A stretch of DNA of 64,000 bases from Balanoglossus misakiensis (Eukaryota; Animalia; Hemichordata): contig JBECUI020000039.1 in assembly GCA_040954595.2 (NCBI GenBank), positions 72,396 to 136,395 of the forward strand. The letters are read 5' to 3'. Of this stretch, positions 1 through 9,112 are shown in pieces (position 1 is the stretch's first letter; every line of letters starts with the position of its first letter). The translations under genes were made by a program, and so were the position numbers. The notes beneath the pieces are model-generated. The model did not search any database and was not told the DNA's origin. It saw only the letters and a program-made list of their open reading frames with translations.

Positions 1-263
1 GCACCAGCTTCACGCGCCTCATCTGCCTTATCTCCTTCTGCAAAAACAAGAACACGGCTCTCCGCCCCAAATGGATTGGGGAATACAAAGGTGTCGCGGA
101 TTATCTGACTCTTCTTGATGTTTAAGTAAATCGATAACTCTACTGTTTCATCAAAGGATGCATAGCTGCTCTTCTTTACCTGCATAACTGCCCCAGCTAC
201 ATCGTGCAACTGTTTTATGTCCATGCCCTCAAGGGCTGCGCGATATTTCTTCCCGTGCTTCAT
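1..263 (-). CDS. rplA: 50S ribosomal protein L1 (5' part; runs off window start)
   Basis: Read manually from ATG at 263: [43 protein letters not shown], the L1 N-terminus with FDETVE. ATGA overlap with the rplK stop. Confidence 0.96.
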   Translation of the reverse strand, partial: MKHGKKYRAALEGMDIKQLHDVAGAVMQVKKSSYASFDETVELSIYLNIKKSQIIRDTFVFPNPFGAESRVLVFAEGDKADEAREAG

Positions 264-703
264 TCTACTACCACCCCCATGCTTCTCGCTGTTCCTGCAA
301 TAATGCTAACAGCTGCATCCATACTGGTTGCATTGAGATCCTGCATTTTCGTTGTCGCTATTTCCCGCAACTGACTCGTTGTTATTGTTCCCACCTTGGT
401 CTTATTCGGTTCCGACGATCCCTTCTCCAGGTTGATCGCCTTGCGAATAAGCACCGCAGCAGGCGGGGTTTTTAACTGAAAAGAGAAAGAACGATCAGCA
501 TAAACGCTGATAATAACAGGTATGAGAATTCCTGTTTCCATATTCTTCGTCGCATCGTTAAATTGCTGTACAAATTGGGGTGCACTGACGCCGTGCGGCC
601 CCAAAGCCGGTCCAACCGGGGGTGCAGGGGTTGCCTTGCCCGCCGGTACCTGTAGTTTAATAAATTTGACTGCTTGTTTTTTTACACTGCTTTTTTTTGC
701 CAT
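260..703 (-). CDS. rplK: 50S ribosomal protein L11
   Basis: [21 protein letters not shown] and [10 protein letters not shown] motifs; lies between nusG and rplA. Confidence 0.98.
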   Translation of the reverse strand: MAKKSSVKKQAVKFIKLQVPAGKATPAPPVGPALGPHGVSAPQFVQQFNDATKNMETGILIPVIISVYADRSFSFQLKTPPAAVLIRKAINLEKGSSEPNKTKVGTITTSQLREIATTKMQDLNATSMDAAVSIIAGTARSMGVVVE

Positions 704-705
704 AT

Positions 706-1278
706 CTATACCTTTTCTACCTGTCCGAAATCAACTTCCACTGGGGTTGGTCTGCCGAAGATTCCTACCATGACACGTAACTTCATGCGATCTTCCACAA
801 CTTCATCCACTCTGCCGACAAAACTCTTGAACGGACCCTCGGTAATGCGCACTGAATCCCCTTCGGTGAAATACGCCCTCTGAGATCCGCCCTTAATTGC
901 TTTCTCGTCCGAAAGAACAAGAAATTGTCGTGCCTCGTTTTTAGACACTGGTTGCGGACAAGTTCCGTACTTGCTCCCAACAAATCCGGAAATAAACTCC
1001 AACTGTAAAATACGCGAAACAATGTCACCCCACCCAATGCTTCCACCGGCGCTTGTCCGGTCCTTGGGAAGATCCATCTGAATAAGAACATATCCGGGTA
1101 AAACATTTTTCTTTCGAACGCGTTTCTTTCCATTCCGCTGTTCGGTTACTTCTTCGATCGGTGAGCGAACATCGAAAAGATAATCCGGATATTGCTTTTC
1201 CATAATATCCCGAAGTCTACGCTCAACATACTGCTCTTTCCCTGTATATGCCTGTAATATATACCATTCCTTTGCCAT
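706..1278 (-). CDS. nusG: Transcription termination/antitermination factor NusG
   Basis: [24 protein letters not shown] motif [33 protein letters not shown]. Confidence 0.97.
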   Translation of the reverse strand: MAKEWYILQAYTGKEQYVERRLRDIMEKQYPDYLFDVRSPIEEVTEQRNGKKRVRKKNVLPGYVLIQMDLPKDRTSAGGSIGWGDIVSRILQLEFISGFVGSKYGTCPQPVSKNEARQFLVLSDEKAIKGGSQRAYFTEGDSVRITEGPFKSFVGRVDEVVEDRMKLRVMVGIFGRPTPVEVDFGQVEKV

Positions 1279-1285
1279 ATGTATA

Positions 1286-1471
1286 CTAAAAAATCCAATC
1301 GCTCCCGCGAAGAAAGAGATAGTCTACAATACCAAATAATATTGCAAAGAGAATAACAGATACTATGACAATCTTAGTAGATGCGATTGCCTCTTGCCTC
1401 GTAGGCCATATTACCCGTTTTAATTCATTATAACTATCATAGAAAAATTGTACTATTCGTTTCATATTCAC
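1286..1471 (-). CDS. secE: Preprotein translocase subunit SecE
   Basis: ELKRVIWPTR motif plus one TM helix; lies between tRNA-Trp and nusG. The start may be the ATG at 1465. Confidence 0.95.
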   Translation of the reverse strand: MNMKRIVQFFYDSYNELKRVIWPTRQEAIASTKIVIVSVILFAILFGIVDYLFLRGSDWIF

Positions 1472-1480
1472 AACTGCATA

Positions 1481-1553
1481 CAGGCCAGGCAGGATTCGAA
1501 CCTACAACATCCGGTTTTGGAGACCGGCGCTCTACCGTTGGAGCTACTGACCT
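1481..1553 (-). tRNA. tRNA-Trp(CCA)
   Basis: Minus strand AGGTCAGTAGCTCCAACGGTAGAGCGCCGGTCTCCAAAACCGGATGTTGTAGGTTCGAATCCTGCCTGGCCTG: cloverleaf, anticodon CCA, T-loop GTTCGAATC. Confidence 0.96.
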
Positions 1554-1558
1554 AACAA

Positions 1559-1631
1559 AGCCCTCGATCGGACTTGAACCGATGACCTCATCCTTACCAT
1601 GGATGTGCTCTACCGACTGAGCTACAAGGGC
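1559..1631 (-). tRNA. tRNA-Thr(GGT)
   Basis: Minus strand GCCCTTGTAGCTCAGTCGGTAGAGCACATCCATGGTAAGGATGAGGTCATCGGTTCAAGTCCGATCGAGGGCT: anticodon GGT. Confidence 0.96.
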
Positions 1632-1649
1632 ACGAACTACTCGAATCCA

Positions 1650-1733
1650 ATTATACAATGCCCTCGACCGGAAATGCAATACCTAATAGTGCATACAATG
1701 GTCTATGGTACACACTATCTTAATACTATGCAA
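1650..1733 (-). promoter_or_regulatory. Tandem sigma70-type promoters for the tRNA-secE-nusG-rplKA operon
   Basis: TTGCAT-18-TATAAT (1679-1650) and TTGCAT-17-TACCAT (1733-1705) on the minus strand. Confidence 0.55.
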
Positions 1734-1818
1734 GCCTTTATTGTAAAAAATAATAAAAAAATATTAATCGGTAATATTTTCTTCCTTTGCACGCGATATG
1801 AGCTTCCAATTCCAGTAA

Positions 1819-3813
1819 TTATGCGTAAAGAAAATCCTGCCTTTCAAACCTGTTTTCTATATTGGAAGAACGTTCCTTTACGTATCGAACAGCCTGACTC
1901 AGAATGTTGGAGTACTCACGCCGTTCTGTCTCGATGAGGCGGTTTGATTCAAACAGTATGTCGGCATATACTTGATAGTAAAATGGAAAATACGGATCGA
2001 CCGATACCCTCTTGCTGCCGGCAATAACAGACTCCACTATGCTGCTTGCCCGCTGTACTTCTCCAGATAAACAGAGAATATGGGCATAAAAGCTGTTGAT
2101 AACCCGAATAATACAAGGCATGTCAGTCGGTTTTTCAATGAAGAAGTGCTCCAGCATATCCCAGCCGGTTGTCCAACTTTTCGGATCGGTAAACATGGTG
2201 CTGTACTGCGATTCCTTGTGGTATTCCACCTTGCTCAAGATCTCAAGGGCAGGTGTATACTCCTTATTAAAGTATAATGCCTCTGCCAGAAAGAAATCGC
2301 GCTCCAATGTATGCGGACTTTGCCTGAGAATCTTATAGGCGCTTATCCAGTTTCCGTCATATCCAATAGAACGGGCTTCCCATCGTCGACAGAGTTGCAC
2401 AAGCAACTCGTACCCGACGTCTTCGGCAATCGCACTTGCCCGCTCAAACAATTCTCCGGATTTTGTATAATGTCCAAGCTCAAATTCTATCCGTGCAAGG
2501 TGTATGGTGAAGTAACATGACCAGATATGTTGCCCGTACTGTTTGCAATGTTCCATTGCCTTTTTTGCATAGAAACGTACATCACTAAACTTCCCAAATG
2601 CAAAATGACAACTACAGGCAGCAGCATAAACAAACATTGCATCCTGGATGGCAGTGCGGGGCTGAATAGCATTCACAGCAAAGGCAACATAATGATCAGT
2701 CTCCGCCCTCTGCCCCTTGTACATGGCAAGGATTCCCAGCATACAGTAGGAAATCGACAAGTAATAATACCCGGCAGCATGGTCCTTACGGACTAAAATA
2801 GTTTTTATATGAGTATCCGAATGTTCTCCCATCAGGAAACTGTGCTGTGCCTGAATGATGAGCCAAGGCAGCTGCATGTATTCTGGAATGTCGGTAAATT
2901 GCTCAATTGCTGCAACACATTTATGCAATACATCTCGATTGTGTTTTCCCATGCCGTCACGTACCTGCAAGAGAAGCAAGAGCAGTCGAAACAAGTTCAT
3001 ATCCTCCGCACCGATGCCCGACCGGATAAACTCCATGTCTTCTGTAATAGGGGATACGCCCCCCATTGATATGACTCGATTACAGTATAAATACGTATTC
3101 CGTACCCAGCGGGCAAACGGAAGATAGTGGAAGCTGTCTTGCAGGTAATTCATGTTTACCGGCAATTCATCTCGTTCATGCAATTGGGCAAAATAACTGC
3201 TGATAACAGCCTTTAACTCTTCCTGTTTCGTGCTGTCAATCAACTGTTCTGCGACATACAGTTCTTCAATAGTCCTATTCGGGTAAAAAGTTTGCGTATT
3301 TCGTAAATATCCATGTCGCACGAGAAATAGAAGAGCGTCGTATACCTCAGCCGGGTCATATCCGCATCCTGATATAATTTCAATAATATGCTCGATATCC
3401 ACGTAATAAGGAATTGTCTTGCAAATAACAAACAATAGCTCTGCATGAATGGGTAAAATCGGCCTGAGATAGATGGGAATCGACTCATCCCGGTTGTTCA
3501 GGGCAATAGCAAGGAGGTGGGAAAAGGCAAGGAATGCAGGAAGCTGGGATTTCTGTACATTGGCAGCCATATTGGGAGAGACCAGGTCGTATTGTTCTGT
3601 TATTACAGAACAATCGTACTGCTTTAATTCCAGTCGATGGCTAATAAGATTCCAATCATCTCGATCGCTGAAAACATGAATGTTTTGTCGAGATGATGCA
3701 GTGGCAAGACAAATGAGCTCATGGTTTGGGTCGCTGACGCTGAGAAATCTTATCCAGATCATTGAGATATTCTTTGTTCCAACAATCGGCTGACTCAATA
3801 ATAAGGTACGCAC
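1819..3813 (-). CDS. Large helical-repeat (TPR-like) protein, C-terminal portion; apparently frameshifted at ~3750 and ~1830 (true end probably 1764)
   Basis: TPR-like helices (LARIEFELGHYTKSGELF, FFLAEALYFNKEY). A shifted frame continues THNYWNWKLISRAKEENITD* to TAA at 1764. Confidence 0.65.
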   Translation of the reverse strand: MRTLLLSQPIVGTKNISMIWIRFLSVSDPNHELICLATASSRQNIHVFSDRDDWNLISHRLELKQYDCSVITEQYDLVSPNMAANVQKSQLPAFLAFSHLLAIALNNRDESIPIYLRPILPIHAELLFVICKTIPYYVDIEHIIEIISGCGYDPAEVYDALLFLVRHGYLRNTQTFYPNRTIEELYVAEQLIDSTKQEELKAVISSYFAQLHERDELPVNMNYLQDSFHYLPFARWVRNTYLYCNRVISMGGVSPITEDMEFIRSGIGAEDMNLFRLLLLLLQVRDGMGKHNRDVLHKCVAAIEQFTDIPEYMQLPWLIIQAQHSFLMGEHSDTHIKTILVRKDHAAGYYYLSISYCMLGILAMYKGQRAETDHYVAFAVNAIQPRTAIQDAMFVYAAACSCHFAFGKFSDVRFYAKKAMEHCKQYGQHIWSCYFTIHLARIEFELGHYTKSGELFERASAIAEDVGYELLVQLCRRWEARSIGYDGNWISAYKILRQSPHTLERDFFLAEALYFNKEYTPALEILSKVEYHKESQYSTMFTDPKSWTTGWDMLEHFFIEKPTDMPCIIRVINSFYAHILCLSGEVQRASSIVESVIAGSKRVSVDPYFPFYYQVYADILFESNRLIETERREYSNILSQAVRYVKERSSNIENRFERQDFLYA

Positions 3814-4690
3814 AGGTATTAAGACGCCGATGCCTGCTGATGTATAAACTGATGATCCGAGTTATAATTCGATATATATCTTCTCCTTCCGGAAAAAATT
3901 GAAGAGATTTGTCGGTTATTCGTACTATGGTAGCAAGCATCTGGTTAAAATCATCCATCTGGTCGGGAAGAACTTCTCGATGGAGGGCATTGACATCAAT
4001 ACGCGATAAAAACATGCGGAAACAATCAATCAGACTAATGCTTTTAAACCATGGGAGAGAAATGTACGACAGAACATCTTTGTTTGACCTTTGCACAAGC
4101 TCCTCTATCACTTCCGGAAGTCCGCCATAGATGTTTGCCTGAAAGAAGATGAGATTCCTGCCCTGCCCTTTCTCTCCAAGCAACATTGCATGTATGCGGC
4201 TTAACTGATGCTCATTTGCAACGAAATGAGAAAAAAGCGAGGTAACACTGTCAGATATTGTTCCCAGATATTCATCAACCTCACCCAAATTCCGAAAATT
4301 CGCATATGCAGCAAAGAGTTGTGAGGCCTGCGGAGTGAACCATAACTGTTCGTTTCCGAAGGTTCGTAATAATATGTTCCGAACATTCAGGAATTCCAGC
4401 TCTACATCATTATCGTCGCAGATATCAAAGATAATTTTATACCCGTCTAGTTCGTGCCGATGTCGCATGAAGTGCTCACGGACATACCGTAGGGTTTGTA
4501 TAATCTGCCTGCGATTGAGCATATCTACAGTTTTTTGATAAAAACAACAGTAGTTTCCCTGCACAATGCCGGGAACAAATGATCCTTCTTCAAAAATTCG
4601 GTACAGACCTTGCCAACAATGCCGGAATTGTTCGTCGTTCAGATGTATGTGCTGCTGTAAAAAAACAATACGGACGAGACAAAAATACAT
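3719..4690 (-). CDS. Hypothetical protein, probably the N-terminal part of the same gene as 1819..3813
   Basis: 323 aa ORF overlapping the downstream ORF by 95 nt. It reads continuously YLIIESADCWNKEYLNDLDK/FLSVSDPNHEL if one base is removed near 3750. Confidence 0.6.
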   Translation of the reverse strand: MYFCLVRIVFLQQHIHLNDEQFRHCWQGLYRIFEEGSFVPGIVQGNYCCFYQKTVDMLNRRQIIQTLRYVREHFMRHRHELDGYKIIFDICDDNDVELEFLNVRNILLRTFGNEQLWFTPQASQLFAAYANFRNLGEVDEYLGTISDSVTSLFSHFVANEHQLSRIHAMLLGEKGQGRNLIFFQANIYGGLPEVIEELVQRSNKDVLSYISLPWFKSISLIDCFRMFLSRIDVNALHREVLPDQMDDFNQMLATIVRITDKSLQFFPEGEDIYRIITRIISLYISRHRRLNTCAYLIIESADCWNKEYLNDLDKISQRQRPKP

Positions 4691-4692
4691 GT

Positions 4693-5310
4693 CTAGGCCC
4701 CCGGTAACGGAGTCTGTATATCTGCCGGAGCAAAGGGGGATACTTCATGAGGGATCGCTAGTAAGGTGAAATCGCCTTGAATATCAAGAATTTTCCACTG
4801 AAAATCATTCCTTTTATACGTAACATTGACTACAGCTGTGCCGGGATTGCCGCGGACCCGCACATTAGAAAAATATCGTCCATCCTCTGCTCGCCGAATG
4901 CTTCCTATGCGAACATACTCTAGGGTCTGCAATAAGGGCATTGTTACCTCAAGCATCCACTGCATCTCCTCTACGCTCTGTTCATCAACATACTGAGACA
5001 AAATATCCGCCAAAATAATCTCTTCGCCTGTAAATGCATTAAAAAATGCTTCGGTGAGTTTCCGAATGTCGGAAACATTCCGATTTATTGCACCGAAATT
5101 CTCTAAACTGCCCGCTAATCGATCCGAAGGTAAGCGTGGGTTTACGGAAACAAGTCCCACGGCATGGTATAAGGTAGTGCGATTTAATGAAAAAAAGCTA
5201 TTGTCGATAGTAGAAGGAATATTCGCCTGTTGAGCTGTAAATAGTAGAAATGCAAGCAGTATGGTAATGATTTTTATAGTAAGCATCCTTGCAGCAAGAT
5301 TATTGTACAT
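4693..5310 (-). CDS. Exported hypothetical protein
   Basis: 205 aa with an N-terminal hydrophobic signal; co-directional and 2 nt from the next gene. Confidence 0.7.
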   Translation of the reverse strand: MYNNLAARMLTIKIITILLAFLLFTAQQANIPSTIDNSFFSLNRTTLYHAVGLVSVNPRLPSDRLAGSLENFGAINRNVSDIRKLTEAFFNAFTGEEIILADILSQYVDEQSVEEMQWMLEVTMPLLQTLEYVRIGSIRRAEDGRYFSNVRVRGNPGTAVVNVTYKRNDFQWKILDIQGDFTLLAIPHEVSPFAPADIQTPLPGA

Positions 5311-5461
5311 TGTTAGAATAAATATTTCAACAATCTTCCCATAACAAGTATAATATTCCGTACTTTTTTAAAAAATACTACTTCAAAATTGCCTTTTTTT
5401 TTGCTATAAGATGCAAATTTTTGTTGACTTATAACCGATACTGTCTATATATATAGAAGGT

Positions 5462-6865
5462 ATGAAAGTAATCAAGATCATTCTTATTGTTGCATGTTTA
5501 TCTCTTTTTACAATGACCGCTATGGGACAAGAAGAAAATCCTCAGTTTCCATACTGGGTATATTCTCCCGAGATGGAAATTCGCAATCCCGGATTTCAGG
5601 GGAGTGTTGATTTTGGAGTTGTTCCTCCAAGCGTCGACCAAACAAATCAGCAATTTTATAATCGTCTCAACGTTTCCCTCAAGTATACTGTTAAAAAATT
5701 CCGTATAGAATTAACTTTTCCGCTTACTTTTCGTATGACACTCAGTAATACTCCTTCTTTCGAGTTTAATACGAGCGAGTGGATTCCGCGGGACTTGAAT
5801 CATGGATTGGAAATATATCTCTCGCGAATCAATCTTACCTATGGGAGCCCGGATGACCCGCTTTTCTTTACTTTTGGAAAACTACAGGGGATTCGCTTCG
5901 GAAACGGGGCTATTGTAGACCGATATGATAACACGGCCTACGAACCCTTTCAGTCATTGCCGGGTGCTGCTCTGAATCTTGATTTGAAGGAATGGAATGT
6001 TCCGTACTTCGGCATTCAGGCTATGACCAGTAATGTCGGCAGATTGGCTGTTATCGGTGGAAGGGCGTTTTTCCGTCCCCTTGCGTTTCTGAAGGATAAT
6101 GCTATCGGTAATATGCAAATCGGAGCAACAGTTGTTACCGACCAAGTGCCCTTCTACAATGTAGATATTGCTATAGCAAATAAACAGAACGATGCGACTA
6201 CCGATGCTATTGCTACTCGTATTACAGGGTTAAATAGTAAGCAGCTTATGGTCTACGGTGCAGATATCCGTCTTCCGACAGTAGCAAGTAAAAACTTTTC
6301 AATGGATATATACGGCGATTATGTTTATCAACGGGGAGCACATGGTGCTCGTCTTGGTATTGATACCCGTATCATTCAGTTCCTCTACCTGGCAGGACGC
6401 GTTGATTACGCACAAGATAATTTGATCTTCGGCTACTTTGATAAAGATTACAATGCAATGCGAACAGACCGATACCTGATTTTCCTCGGTGAAGAAAAGC
6501 AGACTGGGGGAATAAGCTGGAATGCTCGCTTGGGTACATTCTTCCTGGACAATAAGCTCGGGTTTGAAATGGGTGTTACAGGTGGATTTTCTGCACAAAA
6601 CCCCTTTTCTATGCGTGCTGAGTTCTCTATCCGAGAAGGGGCTATCCCAGGTTTTGAGGTCTTTAGTTTTATTGCTTATTATGAGAAACAAAAGTTCAAT
6701 ACTGCTTCTGAGCTTGCCGAACTTAAAAATAGTACGATTGGAGCTGAAATGAACATCAAGATTAAACCTGCAGTTTTACGTTGCAGTGTTGCGTTAGTGA
6801 ATGCCCCGTTAACTGATTTGGGCTGGAGAATTGCTTCCGATATTGGAGTAACTGTTTCGTTTTAG
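5462..6865 (+). CDS. Putative outer-membrane beta-barrel protein
   Basis: Signal peptide, alternating amphipathic strands, C-terminal GVTVSF (terminal Phe). Paralogous motifs with 7636..9057 (YGSPDDPLFFTFGKL...FGNGAIVDRYDN vs FATLRDPFSLHMGRL...FGYGLSVNKFDN). Confidence 0.7.
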   Translation: MKVIKIILIVACLSLFTMTAMGQEENPQFPYWVYSPEMEIRNPGFQGSVDFGVVPPSVDQTNQQFYNRLNVSLKYTVKKFRIELTFPLTFRMTLSNTPSFEFNTSEWIPRDLNHGLEIYLSRINLTYGSPDDPLFFTFGKLQGIRFGNGAIVDRYDNTAYEPFQSLPGAALNLDLKEWNVPYFGIQAMTSNVGRLAVIGGRAFFRPLAFLKDNAIGNMQIGATVVTDQVPFYNVDIAIANKQNDATTDAIATRITGLNSKQLMVYGADIRLPTVASKNFSMDIYGDYVYQRGAHGARLGIDTRIIQFLYLAGRVDYAQDNLIFGYFDKDYNAMRTDRYLIFLGEEKQTGGISWNARLGTFFLDNKLGFEMGVTGGFSAQNPFSMRAEFSIREGAIPGFEVFSFIAYYEKQKFNTASELAELKNSTIGAEMNIKIKPAVLRCSVALVNAPLTDLGWRIASDIGVTVSF

Positions 6866-6874
6866 TAATTAATC

Positions 6875-7765
6875 ATGCGGCAACTTAGAATATTGTTATA
6901 TATAACTTTTCTCGTTCTCCTAGTTATACCGATTTCGGCACAAGAAGCTATACTGGAATACTATGATGATGCAGATGGCTTTATGATTATTCAGCCGACA
7001 AGTATGGAGTTTGAAACAACAAGACATACTGGTATGATCCTCCTGCCGGGGGATACTATTATTAGTGAAACGAGTAATATCGAGTTGCAATTTCCCAATA
7101 CGCAAACCATGATTCTTATACGGGCAAACAGTCGCATGGAATATGTTGCTGGGGATAGTACCCGAATCGATTTAGTCCTTTCTCAGGGACAAGCACGTAT
7201 TATTGCCGGTACAGGGAGTAATGTCAGTATTAACTCTGAAGATATTCTGATGAGTCTAAGCAAGGGAGACTATATTCTTGACCATTCAATACCCGGGAAT
7301 GAAATACGGTACGTACTATCGGGCAATATGGAAATAATTAATAAGAAAACAGCTGAAACCACGCAGGGGGGGGAGAATGTTGCCATTGCCGCTGCTGCTT
7401 CAACGCTTACTGATCTGACGAATGAGGAAATAAATACATTACAGAATGACTACCGATTTACCTGGTTTTCTCGACTGGATGGTGAGGAAGCAGCAGTAGC
7501 TACCGTGCAAGAAGAAGGGTTGCCGTTGACCTTGCCCCCTTACAAACAGGTCCTATTTCTAAAAAAAATGCCTCCGAAAATCAGCTATTTTGGTGGGTTC
7601 CCCTGTCCGAGGAGGAGAAAGGGTTTAAGTTTAATATGCTTCTCGACGCTGGTGCATCAACGGTTATCGATAAGACATATATTAACTTTGCGTTCCGTCC
7701 GCGATTTTCAATTGGACGATTTAGCATGGAGTTCTATCTTCCCGTGCAGTTTAGTACGGAACTAA
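6875..7765 (+). CDS. FecR-like domain protein, N-terminal part (frameshift ~7519 joins it to 7636..9057)
   Basis: Signal peptide; FecR-like GMILLPGDTIISETSNIELQF...IRANSRM...LSQGQAR...YVLSGNMEI. Confidence 0.65.
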   Translation: MRQLRILLYITFLVLLVIPISAQEAILEYYDDADGFMIIQPTSMEFETTRHTGMILLPGDTIISETSNIELQFPNTQTMILIRANSRMEYVAGDSTRIDLVLSQGQARIIAGTGSNVSINSEDILMSLSKGDYILDHSIPGNEIRYVLSGNMEIINKKTAETTQGGENVAIAAAASTLTDLTNEEINTLQNDYRFTWFSRLDGEEAAVATVQEEGLPLTLPPYKQVLFLKKMPPKISYFGGFPCPRRRKGLSLICFSTLVHQRLSIRHILTLRSVRDFQLDDLAWSSIFPCSLVRN

Positions 7766-9057
7766 CCGACTTGCAAACAGCATTCCGACAACCGGATGGA
7801 AACATTGAGTGGAGTTTCGGTTCTGATTATAATTGGCAAGCTGACCCTCTGGGAGCATCATTCGACCTTCTAAATGACGTAGTTACTAAAATTCACTACA
7901 TACGGTTTGCCACCTTACGTGATCCATTTTCTCTGCACATGGGACGTTTAGAGAATGTTACATTCGGATACGGCTTATCCGTAAATAAGTTTGACAATAA
8001 CCCGTCCTACCCGAAAATACGCAAAATCGGTTTGCTGACATCTCTGGATATCGGCTACTTCGGTTTGCAGTTTTTAACTGCCGACATTGTCCGTCATCCA
8101 GGACTCTACAGTTTGCGCCTTTTCACCCGTCCTGTAGCACGTCGGTACCGCATGGAAATAGGGTTATCAATGACAACAGATAGCGCACTGGATCGAGTAC
8201 GAACAACATCCATATCCTCTGAACAGACTGCTACGACGCCTGCACAGACTGCTCAACAGCATCAACTATGGTACCTAGCCTTCGGTGCAGATATTAAACT
8301 GCCCCTGCTTAATCCAAGTGCTCCCCTGACTCCTCTTGCTATTATTGCAGAAACCAGTTTTATTTTACCGCTTGCGCAGGGAAACCGACCGATCTTTCCC
8401 ATTGATCAATTATTTGCTCCCTCCGCATGGCCAAATATTGGTGGTATCCTTGTTGGAATACAGGGAGAAATTGAACCGGCATCATGGTTTAGTATGGTAT
8501 ACCAGATTGATGCACGGTTTTATGGTGGGCTCTTTGTTGACGGCTTCATCAATACATCGTATGCCTCAGTTGGTCGTATTGCATACAACAAAATGATTGG
8601 CGAACTGATAATGAAAAATGAACCACTGGCAGCCCTTCCCACTACTCTTAATATATCAGCCCGTATGGATATGCTCTTTCTCAATACTTTTGCCATCGAA
8701 GCATTGCTTTGGCTTCCCCTCGAAAACAATGCGGACAATTATTCCTTCGGCATGAATGACCGTCTTGAAATAAGTCTGCGAATTATTCCGGAAGACTTCT
8801 TTATAGAATTTTTTGCCTCTCTCCAGAGAAAAAACTTTATTGGATACTTTCTCTACCCAAGTCCGGGTGCCCATTTTCTGGACTCAGACACAGTTCTGTC
8901 GGCAGGGTTATCTTTTAATATTGGAAAGGCTACAAAGATTTCAATCCTTGGTTCAACCGAGATACAACGGGACAACACTGGTAGTATTCTCTACGATAAT
9001 GTTGATATACCGCTCAACGGCGGAAATCTTACACTCAAAGTATCATTTGGTATATAG
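7636..9057 (+). CDS. Putative outer-membrane beta-barrel domain (C-terminal part of the FecR-barrel protein)
   Basis: This frame is open upstream to ~7520 (VAVDLAPLQTGPISKKNASENQLFWW...). It ends LTLKVSFGI and is paralogous to 5462..6865. Confidence 0.65.
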   Translation: MLLDAGASTVIDKTYINFAFRPRFSIGRFSMEFYLPVQFSTELTDLQTAFRQPDGNIEWSFGSDYNWQADPLGASFDLLNDVVTKIHYIRFATLRDPFSLHMGRLENVTFGYGLSVNKFDNNPSYPKIRKIGLLTSLDIGYFGLQFLTADIVRHPGLYSLRLFTRPVARRYRMEIGLSMTTDSALDRVRTTSISSEQTATTPAQTAQQHQLWYLAFGADIKLPLLNPSAPLTPLAIIAETSFILPLAQGNRPIFPIDQLFAPSAWPNIGGILVGIQGEIEPASWFSMVYQIDARFYGGLFVDGFINTSYASVGRIAYNKMIGELIMKNEPLAALPTTLNISARMDMLFLNTFAIEALLWLPLENNADNYSFGMNDRLEISLRIIPEDFFIEFFASLQRKNFIGYFLYPSPGAHFLDSDTVLSAGLSFNIGKATKISILGSTEIQRDNTGSILYDNVDIPLNGGNLTLKVSFGI

Positions 9058-9112
9058 GATAGATACTGTCGCTTGCGCATGGTATAGTTTACTTATACTA
9101 TAGGTAATTGAT

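Noticed and set aside
1437-1679. 80-aa ORF upstream of secE
   Set aside because: It is a translation of the two tRNA genes.
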